DNA of 59,563 bases from Candidatus Micrarchaeota archaeon (GTDB lineage Archaea; Micrarchaeota; Micrarchaeia; Norongarragalinales; SBBD01), in NCBI GenBank assembly GCA_043806595.1, contig JAZDGU010000050.1:1-59563 (forward strand), read 5' to 3'. Below the pieces are notes generated by a model. That model ran no database searches, had not been told where the DNA came from, and worked only from the letters and a program-made list of their open reading frames with translations. Numbering within the stretch: position 1 is the stretch's first letter; each line of letters begins with the position of its first letter. Shown here piece after piece: positions 51,573 through 59,315 of the stretch. A program made the position numbers and the translations under genes.

Positions 51573-54500
51573 CTAGTGCCGCCGCCTGCCGGCTATCTTG
51601 CGGACCTTTTTCATGTTTCTGTTGCGGTCGTAAAAGAACCACACAGTTACAATAACGACAGCGCTGACCATGAACGCTGCAGATTGCTCTACGGCCATGT
51701 TGGCGAAAGCCGAAAAACCGGCGGCTTCTACTTTCAGACTTCCTCCGCTGACCTCGCGGTCCATTGCGACAATGGGCTTGACGGTCGCGACCAGCAGCGG
51801 GCTGCCGCCTGGTACGGAAGTGCGCTTACATTGCCCATTTACCCAGACCCCCTGGATTTTCGATTCCACAGCAAGGTTGCTTCCGTCGGAGCGGACCCGC
51901 GCATCCAAGCAAATGTTGTTCCCGCCAAGGGTGCCTTGCTCCTTCCAGACGAACCGGTGGACTCCGGGGGCGCAAGAGACGGGGTACATGAAAGAAAGCT
52001 GGGTAAGGTCGGAGCCATCGCAGAAGACTCCGAACATGGCGCCTTTCACCGGAATTCCGAGGTAAAATGACAGCCAGGAGAGACCGCTGTAACTCGGGTT
52101 GGCGTACTCGTATTCCCCCGTGGAACCGAATTCGAACACCGTGCCATTGGGGGCGGTATAGGCCAAGGAGGAATTACCGTTAGACATTTCAAAGTAGTTG
52201 AAGCCATCAGCGTCGATTATCCTCGCATACAGGCGTTGTGGCTTGAAGAGGCCATCCATGGGATCCGAGTTCGAGATGTCCATCGAAAAAGGGCCTTTTG
52301 CGAAAGTCCAAGATGGCCGCGCGGAACGCGCCGGGTGCAAGGACTCAGTAACCATTGCGTAAGGAAGGTTGAAATAAATTCCGGTAAAAAACGCGTCGTA
52401 ACCGTAGAAGTACGCGTGTGCACTGCTTGGGACTGAATAAATGTTGTGCCGTTCGAAAGGGCCGGTGAACAGATATGACTTGGTGCCCCAGCCGGGCATG
52501 AACGATGTATCGATGTGGGGGATAGTTGCCGAAAAGGTGATGTCCTTCTCCGATACGTTGTCAATGTCAAACCCGGGGTCCAGTTGGGTAAAGGGATACC
52601 GGAAGACGGCCTTTATAGTACTGATTTTCCTCCCACATGCGCCGTCGAAGCAGTCGTTTTCCGAAAGCGGCCAGACCTCGGCGTAATAACCGTCCAGCAA
52701 TGTGTCGGACGCCGCATGCACCCCGAACCGGTAGTCCTCAATCCTGCTCGACGGAGAAACGTCGCCGAATATCAATCCGTCATAGCCTTCCCTATCGTGT
52801 TCTGTAGCGTTGCTTTTAAGGAACGAGTAGACGACGCGGAACGTGCGCAGCCCTTCCTCCGAATTGAACTTGGTTATGGAATCCAGATCGGCATCACGGG
52901 CGAGGTTCTCGTCGAAAACGTATGATTGGCTCAAGCTTGTCCCGAAATCCATCGAGCCCAGCAGGTGGAATACCTTGATGCGAGCGGGGCTTGGAGTGAA
53001 ATGGTAGGAAGTATCGGTCACTTCCATATTGCTGTCATAGGCAATCAAGCCGCTTATGTGAGTAATATTGTTATCCCTGTCCGGTATCATCAGGAATGGA
53101 GCGGTTGAAAAATAACTCAAGTCCCAGGTACTGGCATATTCATCGATGGAAAAGACCGGCGGGGCTGCCACGAAATCCATGGCAATTTCCTTCCACACTC
53201 CGAAGCTTGCCGGGAAATAGTGTGTCGACGGCGGTGCAAGGAAATCGCAGCCGGGAAATTCTTCGGCTTCCAGGAAGCCCATGCCAGTCGTGGTCGAGGA
53301 ACCGTTCGCGGAAACGCTGAAATTGACTAGCGCCGTATCTTCCGGGGCAAGGCACCACCGGTTCGGCTCGGAGAATCCGCCGGAAATCGGAGAGGCAGTT
53401 TTTCGGAAGAAGTCGAATGGCTTGACGAACCTGAATGACACGCCCATGGGCTGGCTCCCGAAGTTGCGTGCCGAGAACTGCTTCCAAGACCGGCTCCCCT
53501 GCGTCAGGACAATCGGGTCCATGCTGAAGCCGTCGGATACAATCTCTAAGCTCTGGACCAACGAGGCGGTGGCGTTGACGAGTCCTGCGCCTTGCTCAAA
53601 GGCCTCGAGCCCGAGGTCGCGCGAACCCTGTAAAATCATGCTCCTGATTTCCGACGACGTGGAGTTGCCCGCCTTGGCTTGGAACAGCAGCGCCGCCAGG
53701 CCGCTTACGTGCGGCGTCGCCATCGAAGTTCCGCTCAATGCGAAATAGTTGTCGTTCCCACAAATCCGGTTTTCGGACGGCAATTCCTGGTCGATATAGC
53801 TGCCCGGGGCGCGTGCGGCACAAATCAACACCCCCGGCGCAAGGACATCGGGCTTTGCGCGAAATATCTCTGCGCCGAGGCCCGGGCCCCTGCTGCTGAA
53901 CCATGCCAGTCCTCCGGACTTGTCCGTTGCGCCGACTGCGATTGAATAGGGGGCGCTTGCAGGACTCATCACAGTCAATTCGCCTGGACCGGAATTGCCT
54001 GCCGCGGCCACGACTACTGCGCCTGCAAGCGTGGCCTGATGGACAACCTCGTCGATGACGGGAGACCAGCCCGGCTGCCCCAAGCTGAGGCTGATGACGT
54101 TGGCACCCTGGTCTGCCGCCCATTCTATCCCCTGAGCAACCGAGGATTCGCTCCCGGAGCCGTCGTCCCCGAGGACCTTGACGTTGAGAAGCCACGCCTG
54201 GGGGGCGACGCCGACGAATTTGTAATCCGAGGCTATACCCGTGCCTGCAGCAATGCTGGCAACGTGCGTCCCATGGCCGAACATGTCGTCCGAGCCGGAC
54301 GGGCTGCCAGAGAAATCTATCGCGCCAACGATTTTGGGGTCACTCGTAATTGGGTCGTCATCCAAGTCATCCAAATCCGGGTGCGAAGAGCGGATGCCGG
54401 TATCGAGGATGGCGATAATCACCCCGCTGCCGTTCAGCCCAAGCCCCGGAGTGGAATACCATTCCTGACGGGTAACCCCGAGGACGATTGGCGCGCTGTC

Positions 54501-54992
54501 GTTGAGCATCGCCCGTAATTTGGAGTCCACCTTCACCAGCGCGCCCTCCCTCTTCAGATTGGAAGCCACTGAAATCAGGCGGTCCTTCGGCACCCTGACG
54601 GAAAATGCAAGGACCGACTTTAGTTCGACGCCCAATACGCCGGCCGACGATGCGATGGCCTTTAACGAAGCGGTTTTTGTGGCATCCTTCCAAAAGACGA
54701 CCAAAGGAATTGACGTTTCCTTCGCATAATCCTGCAAATCTTGCTGTGAATAAATTACACCAGCCTGCTCCAACGACTTGTCGATTGTCAAGCCCGCACC
54801 GGGACTTCCCGGAATAACCTGCAGTTTGTCCTGGGAATTCAGCGCGCCGACCGTCGGTACGGCCTTACCTCCAATGAGAATGGAACCCGGCCAGGCATTC
54901 AGCTCCAGTCCTCTCGCGTCTAAGAAAGCGGCGGATTGAACTGAAAATAGGAAAACAAGAAAAACCACGAAATGCTTGGGCTCCAAGACCAT
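51573..54992 (-). CDS. Subtilisin-like (S8) serine protease, very large, with C-terminal TM anchor
   Basis: ATG 54992 gives the signal peptide MVLEPKHFVVFLVFLFSVQSAAF. Catalytic triad: ILDTGI (Asp), HGTHVASIAAG (His), GTSMATPHVSG (Ser). An extension of about 650 aa follows, then the TM helix AAFMVSAVVIVTVWFF and a basic tail. Spot GC is about 53%. Confidence 0.85.
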   Translation of the reverse strand: MVLEPKHFVVFLVFLFSVQSAAFLDARGLELNAWPGSILIGGKAVPTVGALNSQDKLQVIPGSPGAGLTIDKSLEQAGVIYSQQDLQDYAKETSIPLVVFWKDATKTASLKAIASSAGVLGVELKSVLAFSVRVPKDRLISVASNLKREGALVKVDSKLRAMLNDSAPIVLGVTRQEWYSTPGLGLNGSGVIIAILDTGIRSSHPDLDDLDDDPITSDPKIVGAIDFSGSPSGSDDMFGHGTHVASIAAGTGIASDYKFVGVAPQAWLLNVKVLGDDGSGSESSVAQGIEWAADQGANVISLSLGQPGWSPVIDEVVHQATLAGAVVVAAAGNSGPGELTVMSPASAPYSIAVGATDKSGGLAWFSSRGPGLGAEIFRAKPDVLAPGVLICAARAPGSYIDQELPSENRICGNDNYFALSGTSMATPHVSGLAALLFQAKAGNSTSSEIRSMILQGSRDLGLEAFEQGAGLVNATASLVQSLEIVSDGFSMDPIVLTQGSRSWKQFSARNFGSQPMGVSFRFVKPFDFFRKTASPISGGFSEPNRWCLAPEDTALVNFSVSANGSSTTTGMGFLEAEEFPGCDFLAPPSTHYFPASFGVWKEIAMDFVAAPPVFSIDEYASTWDLSYFSTAPFLMIPDRDNNITHISGLIAYDSNMEVTDTSYHFTPSPARIKVFHLLGSMDFGTSLSQSYVFDENLARDADLDSITKFNSEEGLRTFRVVYSFLKSNATEHDREGYDGLIFGDVSPSSRIEDYRFGVHAASDTLLDGYYAEVWPLSENDCFDGACGRKISTIKAVFRYPFTQLDPGFDIDNVSEKDITFSATIPHIDTSFMPGWGTKSYLFTGPFERHNIYSVPSSAHAYFYGYDAFFTGIYFNLPYAMVTESLHPARSARPSWTFAKGPFSMDISNSDPMDGLFKPQRLYARIIDADGFNYFEMSNGNSSLAYTAPNGTVFEFGSTGEYEYANPSYSGLSWLSFYLGIPVKGAMFGVFCDGSDLTQLSFMYPVSCAPGVHRFVWKEQGTLGGNNICLDARVRSDGSNLAVESKIQGVWVNGQCKRTSVPGGSPLLVATVKPIVAMDREVSGGSLKVEAAGFSAFANMAVEQSAAFMVSAVVIVTVWFFYDRNRNMKKVRKIAGRRRH

Positions 54993-55236
54993 CACCTGGA
55001 CAATATGCGCTACTATTAATGGATTAAACAAATCCAGGTTTATTAATTTACGTAAATGGCGAAACTGACCTTAAATTTAGCCGTTAAATTTAACGGGAGA
55101 AGTTCTCCGCCCGTTCAACCCCTTGAATTTTCTCGCGCAAACGGCGTTTTTCATATCTGAAACTCGGCCGATTTTTCTCCGCCTGTTGCGCTCCATAGCT
55201 TATCCCGTATAGATCGGATTCATGCAGCGTTTAATT

Positions 55237-55258
55237 GGATGTAAACAAATGTCAACAC
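55237..55258 (+). repeat. GGATGTAAACAAATGTCAACAC, left member of a 22-nt direct repeat flanking the ATPase gene
   Basis: 20/22 identical to 56452..56473. It is followed by the inverted half-site TGTTTAC. Confidence 0.65.
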
Positions 55259-55278
55259 TTCCGTGTTTACCTTTGTCC

Positions 55279-56463
55279 TCATTCGTTCCGTAAAAGGTAT
55301 TCCCTGAAAAGCGGTATTGAAAACGAGTATTTACCTCGGCTGGCGCGGTAGACGAGCCCTTTTTCCGATAGGCGCTTCAATAGTTCCATTAACGTGGGGT
55401 GGGAGACTCGTGCGGTTGACCGGATTGCCAGTGCTGGAACGGGTTGGTTCCCGGCCTTGGCCATGGCGGATAAAACCTTCTTTTCCTTGTCGGATGCAAG
55501 GTTGAAGCGGTCGTCGAAGAATCGCATGTCAAGCTCTTTGACAAGTGCAGGGCGCAGTCTTTCAAGATCTTCAAGCGATAGCCTGGTTTTATTCGAGTAT
55601 TCTATGAGGAAATAGCCGTAAAACTGGAGGAAGAATGGATATCCCTTGGTTTCTTCAACTATGGCCGCCACAAGGTCTTCATCGAACTGGAATGCGGAAT
55701 CTTTGAGTGTACCTAGAACGGCGTTTTTAGCCGCTTGGGCCGGCAAGTTGTTCACTTCCTTGAAAGAAAACATTCGTTCGGTATAGGTCTTGGCTTCCTT
55801 GAGGTTCGCTTTCAACGGCGGGAGGCCGGACAAGACGAGATAGTATCTGCAGCCGTTTCTTTGGGCGTACGCCATGGCGCCCAAGAGACTGGCAAGCGGA
55901 AATGACTTCGACTCTGCTTTGTCGCGGATGGAATGGAACTCGTCGTACAGCAGTAAAACCCCGGTTTTACCAGAATTTTGGAATACTGGCCAGTTGGATA
56001 CGAGCATTTCCTTCAAGTAGTCTTCAAGCAAGTCCCGATTTTCCTTATAAAACGGCTTGTACTTGAACCCAAACGCGGAAATCTCCTCTGGTTTTAAAAA
56101 ATCAATGACTTTTTTTCCTGTTTCGGTTATCCGCTTTTGGACTGAAGCCTCGCTTGCAGCCGAAAGCAAGTCCTTGACTACCGCGTCCGCGAATACCGTG
56201 TCGTCGCTGAAGCGGTCGTTGAACTCGCGTTCTATACACAGCCATTTCTTGCTTTCCCCGATGCTTTGAAACCGCCGTAACAATACCGTTTTGCCTGTGC
56301 CACGAAATCCAAACAGCACGAGGTTGTGCGGCAAGCCTTGGCTGTAGCTGTCAAGCGTTTTGGAGAAAAAGGAGAGGATTTCTTCCCTTCCGGCAAGGTA
56401 CTTGGGTTCGATGCCGTTTCCAGGCATGAACGGGTTGTTTTTCGCATTCGCGGATGTAAACAT
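55279..56463 (-). CDS. Arch_ATPase/STAND-like AAA+ ATPase with C-terminal wHTH
   Basis: ATG 56463 (MFTSANAKNNPF...). Walker A FGFRGTGKT, Walker B LLLYDEFH, C-terminal ...HPTLMELLKRLSEKGLVYR. Spot GC is about 50%. Confidence 0.75.
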   Translation of the reverse strand: MFTSANAKNNPFMPGNGIEPKYLAGREEILSFFSKTLDSYSQGLPHNLVLFGFRGTGKTVLLRRFQSIGESKKWLCIEREFNDRFSDDTVFADAVVKDLLSAASEASVQKRITETGKKVIDFLKPEEISAFGFKYKPFYKENRDLLEDYLKEMLVSNWPVFQNSGKTGVLLLYDEFHSIRDKAESKSFPLASLLGAMAYAQRNGCRYYLVLSGLPPLKANLKEAKTYTERMFSFKEVNNLPAQAAKNAVLGTLKDSAFQFDEDLVAAIVEETKGYPFFLQFYGYFLIEYSNKTRLSLEDLERLRPALVKELDMRFFDDRFNLASDKEKKVLSAMAKAGNQPVPALAIRSTARVSHPTLMELLKRLSEKGLVYRASRGKYSFSIPLFREYLLRNE

Positions 56464-56473
56464 ATGTAAACAC
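56452..56473 (+). repeat. GGATGTAAACATATGTAAACAC, right member of the 22-nt direct repeat flanking the ATPase gene
   Basis: It overlaps the ATPase start codon and forms the palindrome GTAAACA-N6-TGTTTAC with downstream sequence. Confidence 0.65.
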
Positions 56474-56612
56474 AATTTTGTTTACATTTAATAAACGCGT
56501 TCCAACCTCGTTTCCGCTGAACAATCTTCCCAAAAGTCGTTTGACGATAAAGAATTAGGCACGCGCCGAGAGTCATAGAGGAGAAAAGTGAAGACTATAG
56601 TATTATACCGGA

Positions 56613-56732
56613 TGCAGGGGGAGGGATTCGAACCCTCGAAGCCCTACGGCACAGGATTTCACAGCCCGGCGCGCCGCATGCGCACCCCGGCGTTTAAGTC
56701 CCGCCCCTTTGACCCAGCTCGGGTACCCCTGC
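56613..56732 (-). tRNA. tRNA-Leu(UAA) with 35-nt intron at 37/38 and long variable arm
   Basis: GCAGGGG-UA-CCCGAGCUGGGUCAAAGGG-G-CGGGA-CUUAAA[35 nt]A-UCCUG-UGCCGUAGGGCUUC-GAGGG-UUCGAAU-CCCUC-CCCCUGC-A. Confidence 0.8.
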
Positions 56733-56790
56733 TCGACGCTAGCTTGAATGGATTGCCTGCCTTAAGAAAGTTGCCCCTCGGGGGGCGGAG

Positions 56791-56952
56791 CTACTTGCCG
56801 CCCTTGGCCTCCTTGCGGCGCTGGCGCTTCGGGCGTAAGTGCGGGTACGCGCACTTGCGGCAGCGGTCGGCGCCCTTGGGATTGCGCGCCTTGCACTTGC
56901 GGCACACGGACACGTTCATCAGAGCCCTGTCCGCTATAGGAAACTTGCCCAT
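56791..56952 (-). CDS. rpl40e: 50S ribosomal protein L40e
   Basis: Internal ATG of ORF 56791..57135. MGKFPIADRALMNVSVCRKCKARNPKGADRCRKCAYPHLRPKRQRRKEAKGGK has the C4 zinc ribbon of L40e. GC is high, like the core genome. Confidence 0.85.
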   Translation of the reverse strand: MGKFPIADRALMNVSVCRKCKARNPKGADRCRKCAYPHLRPKRQRRKEAKGGK

Positions 56953-57087
56953 GAGATTCACCGGATGCGCAATAGAACCGTCAGAGACAAAGCTATGCCT
57001 GAGAGTGTTTAAAACCCTTTTGAGGGGAAAGGGAGGACAAACCATTAAAACGGCGGCATGCAAAACAAGTACGCTGCTAGTTACGAT

Positions 57088-57105
57088 GCCTCCGTAGCTC
57101 AGGAG
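57088..57105 (+). repeat. Copy 1 of the tRNA-Thr 5' end (GCCTCCGTAGCTCAGGAG, 18 nt)
   Basis: Identical to 57277..57294. It is followed by X element copy 2, not by tRNA sequence. Confidence 0.75.
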
Positions 57106-57115
57106 CAGCCAGCGT

Positions 57116-57162
57116 GACACCTCCGGGGGGCGCATCCCCCCACGCGTGTCGCCCCTCCCCCC
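57116..57162 (+). repeat. 'X' hairpin element copy 2 (GACACCTCCGGGGGG-CGCAT-CCCCCCACGCGTGTCGCCCCTCCCCCC)
   Basis: Homologous to 19565..19612, with the same nested stems and a different 5-nt loop. It is followed directly by TTTAAAAG. Confidence 0.7.
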
Positions 57163-57196
57163 TTTAAAAGAATTGGCGAATAAGTATTTTCCACAA

Positions 57197-57217
57197 GCCT
57201 CCGTAGCTCAGGAGTAG
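57197..57217 (+). repeat. Copy 2 of the tRNA-Thr 5' end (GCCTCCGTAGCTCAGGAGTAG, 21 nt)
   Basis: Identical to 57277..57297. It is followed by AT-rich sequence with an 8-bp palindromic hairpin (CTTTTCTT/AAGAAAAG). Confidence 0.75.
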
Positions 57218-57276
57218 CAAGCGCCGACCTTTTCTTTATTAAGAAAAGCTCGACCAAAAGAAATGAGCAAAAACAT

Positions 57277-57348
57277 GCCTCCGTAGCTCAGGAGTAGAGC
57301 GTTTCCTTGGTAAGGAAAAGGTCACGGGTGCGATTCCCGTCGGGGGCT
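57277..57348 (+). tRNA. tRNA-Thr(GGU), no intron
   Basis: GCCUCCG-UA-GCUC-AGGAGUA-GAGC-G-UUUCC-UUGGUAA-GGAAA-AGGUC-ACGGG-UGCGAUU-CCCGU-CGGGGGC-U. Confidence 0.9.
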
Positions 57349-58667
57349 TGACTCCGATGCAGCAAAGCCCCATCGAATTGGTGAAGCTGCCTGTCAATGT
57401 CTTCCAACTGCGGTGTCGGCAGGGCATCGAGTTCCATTTCTAGGTTAGGAATGGCCGCGAACGCCTTGAGCAAACTCAAAACGCCAGCGTCAGGAAGCGG
57501 GACATCGCTGACCTTCGTGCCCAATCTGAAGGCACAGGCCCCGCAATAAACATCTCCAGGCATGTTTTCGTGCTTGCAGCGGTCACAGGGGTGGCTGACG
57601 AACTCCGGCTCGCGAAATCTTGTAGTGGAAATCTTATATGCTTCCAAGAGGGCGTTGTCGACATCGTCACTGCTCAAATGCTCGTACACTGCCGCCATGT
57701 TGCTACTTGAACTCCACCCGTACTGCAGGTTCTGCAGGGAACGCGTCATGAACTTGGCGGTCTCGCTAGCCCGAGTGTGCCTGAATAAGTGCGGCCTGCA
57801 TTTGTCTAGCGAAACATTCGCGGCCTTGAAAATGGTTCTCATGGTCTTCTTTAGGCCGCCGTAGCCGAGAGGGTTTAAACTTTTCGCGTGACTGTTGCCC
57901 TTGTGGGCGTACCACAACGGTGCATCTTCATCCTTGCTAAAGGGGTGGTTATTCAGGTATTCAGCCAGAAGACTGGAGCTGGTGATGATGCGGACTTTGC
58001 GCTTGCCCGTCTTGCCGTTCACGGATAACATTGCGCCATGCTGGTCGAACTGGACATCTCGGATTCTCATGGTCAGCAACTCAGCAATCCTACACCCCGA
58101 CTCATACAGCACGCCAATGATGGCCTTGTTGCGAACCGTTTCAGCTGCTCGAAGAATCCGGGAGAGCTCGTCTGGCGTAATAAGGTCAGAGGGATTCAAC
58201 ATCGTCTTGCATTTCATGGGCTTTAGGTCTTTCGTGACCGGCGGGTTCTCGCCCTCCCCAAGCTCGTATACGAAACGGAACAGCATTTTGACGTGGATAA
58301 CGTAGTCCCGCATTGTATCCTGTGAATACGGCTTTCCTGTTCTCGGGTTCCTCGCCGATGTTCCGACAAAGTAATCAAGCATCTCATCAACGTCCTTTTT
58401 GTCCATTTCCTTGAAAGGAAGCTTCGCCTTGCGAGCCAGTTGCATCATCATTCGCATGGACTTTTCCTGCCGCATAAGCTTCACGTTGCGACGCCGCTTA
58501 TATTCCACATACTCCCGAATAGTTTGACGGTTCTCGGGAAGAATATCCGCAGCGCAGTCAAGCTGATGCCAGGCAGCATTCAAGCGCTCTTCAGTGTGAT
58601 ACAAGGCTTCCGACGGCGTCAATGTCTTCGAAGGAAAATATCCGTCAGTGTTTCCATTCATGTTCAT
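57288..58667 (-). CDS. Tyrosine recombinase/integrase with C-terminal zinc-ribbon extension
   Basis: 459 aa. Catalytic signature: ESGCRIAELL (Arg), HLFRHTRA (H-x-x-R), AAVYEHL (Tyr). It continues with HPCDRCKHENMPGDVYCGACAF (CxxC...CxxC). The last 20 codons plus the stop (57288-57348) are antisense to tRNA-Thr. Confidence 0.85.
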   Translation of the reverse strand: MNMNGNTDGYFPSKTLTPSEALYHTEERLNAAWHQLDCAADILPENRQTIREYVEYKRRRNVKLMRQEKSMRMMMQLARKAKLPFKEMDKKDVDEMLDYFVGTSARNPRTGKPYSQDTMRDYVIHVKMLFRFVYELGEGENPPVTKDLKPMKCKTMLNPSDLITPDELSRILRAAETVRNKAIIGVLYESGCRIAELLTMRIRDVQFDQHGAMLSVNGKTGKRKVRIITSSSLLAEYLNNHPFSKDEDAPLWYAHKGNSHAKSLNPLGYGGLKKTMRTIFKAANVSLDKCRPHLFRHTRASETAKFMTRSLQNLQYGWSSSSNMAAVYEHLSSDDVDNALLEAYKISTTRFREPEFVSHPCDRCKHENMPGDVYCGACAFRLGTKVSDVPLPDAGVLSLLKAFAAIPNLEMELDALPTPQLEDIDRQLHQFDGALLHRSQAPDGNRTRDLFLTKETLYS

Positions 58668-58765
58668 TGCAATCCCCCTGTTTTTCCGGTAATCATTGCT
58701 TCACGGTCCTGAGTGAAGAGGTTTAAAACGGCCCTCACGGCATGATTTTTAGCTCTGAAAACGGT

Positions 58766-59056
58766 CTACGCATGAATTTCTTCCACCATAATCGCCAAGG
58801 CCTCGAACGCCTTCTCCGACTGCTTCAACGACTCGAAAGCAGCGACAATCCTCTGGGAAAGTTCCAGGTCGTCGAAGTGACCCACAAGCCAACGGATGAC
58901 TGTGGCCCTCTCCGCGAAACCCAACTTTTTACCGATTTCGTCCAACTCGAAAAGCTCCGGCGAGCTCATCCGAATTTTCACGATTTTGTTCCGGGATAGC
59001 TTGCTCCCGCCCTCGATTGTGGCCCTGCCTTCCTTCCCCGCGGTCCCCATTTCCAT
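58766..59056 (-). CDS. Ribbon-helix-helix (CopG-like) DNA-binding protein
   Basis: ...KIVKIRMSSPELFELDEIGKKLGFAERATVIRWLV... fits the beta-alpha-alpha RHH pattern. It lies upstream of the integrase on the same strand. Confidence 0.5.
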   Translation of the reverse strand: MEMGTAGKEGRATIEGGSKLSRNKIVKIRMSSPELFELDEIGKKLGFAERATVIRWLVGHFDDLELSQRIVAAFESLKQSEKAFEALAIMVEEIHA

Positions 59057-59108
59057 TCTGTTCGCCTCAAGATTTCACTTGCTCCCGCCCGAGCCCCAAA
59101 ACTACGTT

Positions 59109-59315
59109 TTACCACTCTCCACAGCAAGGGCAAACAAAATCCTCCGGCCACTCGCCCTTCATCTCGTCGTGAGTCAAGTGCATGACAAAGCCGCACACAC
59201 TGCACTCGAAGAAAACACGGTTTTCAGTTACACCAACGCAGTCCACTGCTGTCTCACTCTCATCAAGGAGCGCCTGGCCCATGTTCGAGCGTTTCGTCAG
59301 GAGCTTCTTCGTCAT
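59109..59315 (-). CDS. Small zinc-ribbon protein
   Basis: CSVCGFVMH...CPCCGEW (two CxxC pairs). The start is uncertain: ATG 59315 or 59282; the track start is TTG 59336. Confidence 0.4.
   Translation of the reverse strand: MTKKLLTKRSNMGQALLDESETAVDCVGVTENRVFFECSVCGFVMHLTHDEMKGEWPEDFVCPCCGEW

Larger units (their letters stand above)
41007..56623. mobile_element. Putative composite island downstream of tRNA-Leu: three modules delimited by copies of the tRNA 3'-end core
   Basis: Cores lie at 41007, 41809, 51534 and 56612, all in one orientation. The modules are the TA pair, the aro operon, and the subtilase plus ATPase. All have lower GC than the flanking core genes (csp side, L40e side). Confidence 0.5.

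Noticed and set aside
33849-56623. Idea that the repeated tRNA-Leu cores are integron attC sites
   Set aside because: The modules are 0.8-10 kb multi-gene blocks rather than promoterless single-gene cassettes. The sites lack the R''/L''-L'/R' architecture and the GTTRRRY core. No IntI-type integrase or attI lies adjacent.
56588-57135. ORF 56588-57097(+) and the long form of ORF 56791-57135(-)
   Set aside because: The plus-strand ORF runs across tRNA-Leu and antisense to L40e. Only the C-terminal 53 aa of the minus-strand ORF match L40e, and an ATG at 56952 begins that match.
57088-57276. Idea that the two extra tRNA-Thr 5' fragments are 5' halves of split (trans-spliced) tRNA genes, as in Nanoarchaeum
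   Set aside because: The fragments stop within the D-arm (18-21 nt) rather than at position 37/38. No matching 3' half or complementary leader was seen, and a complete tRNA-Thr is adjacent. Integration scars are the simpler explanation.
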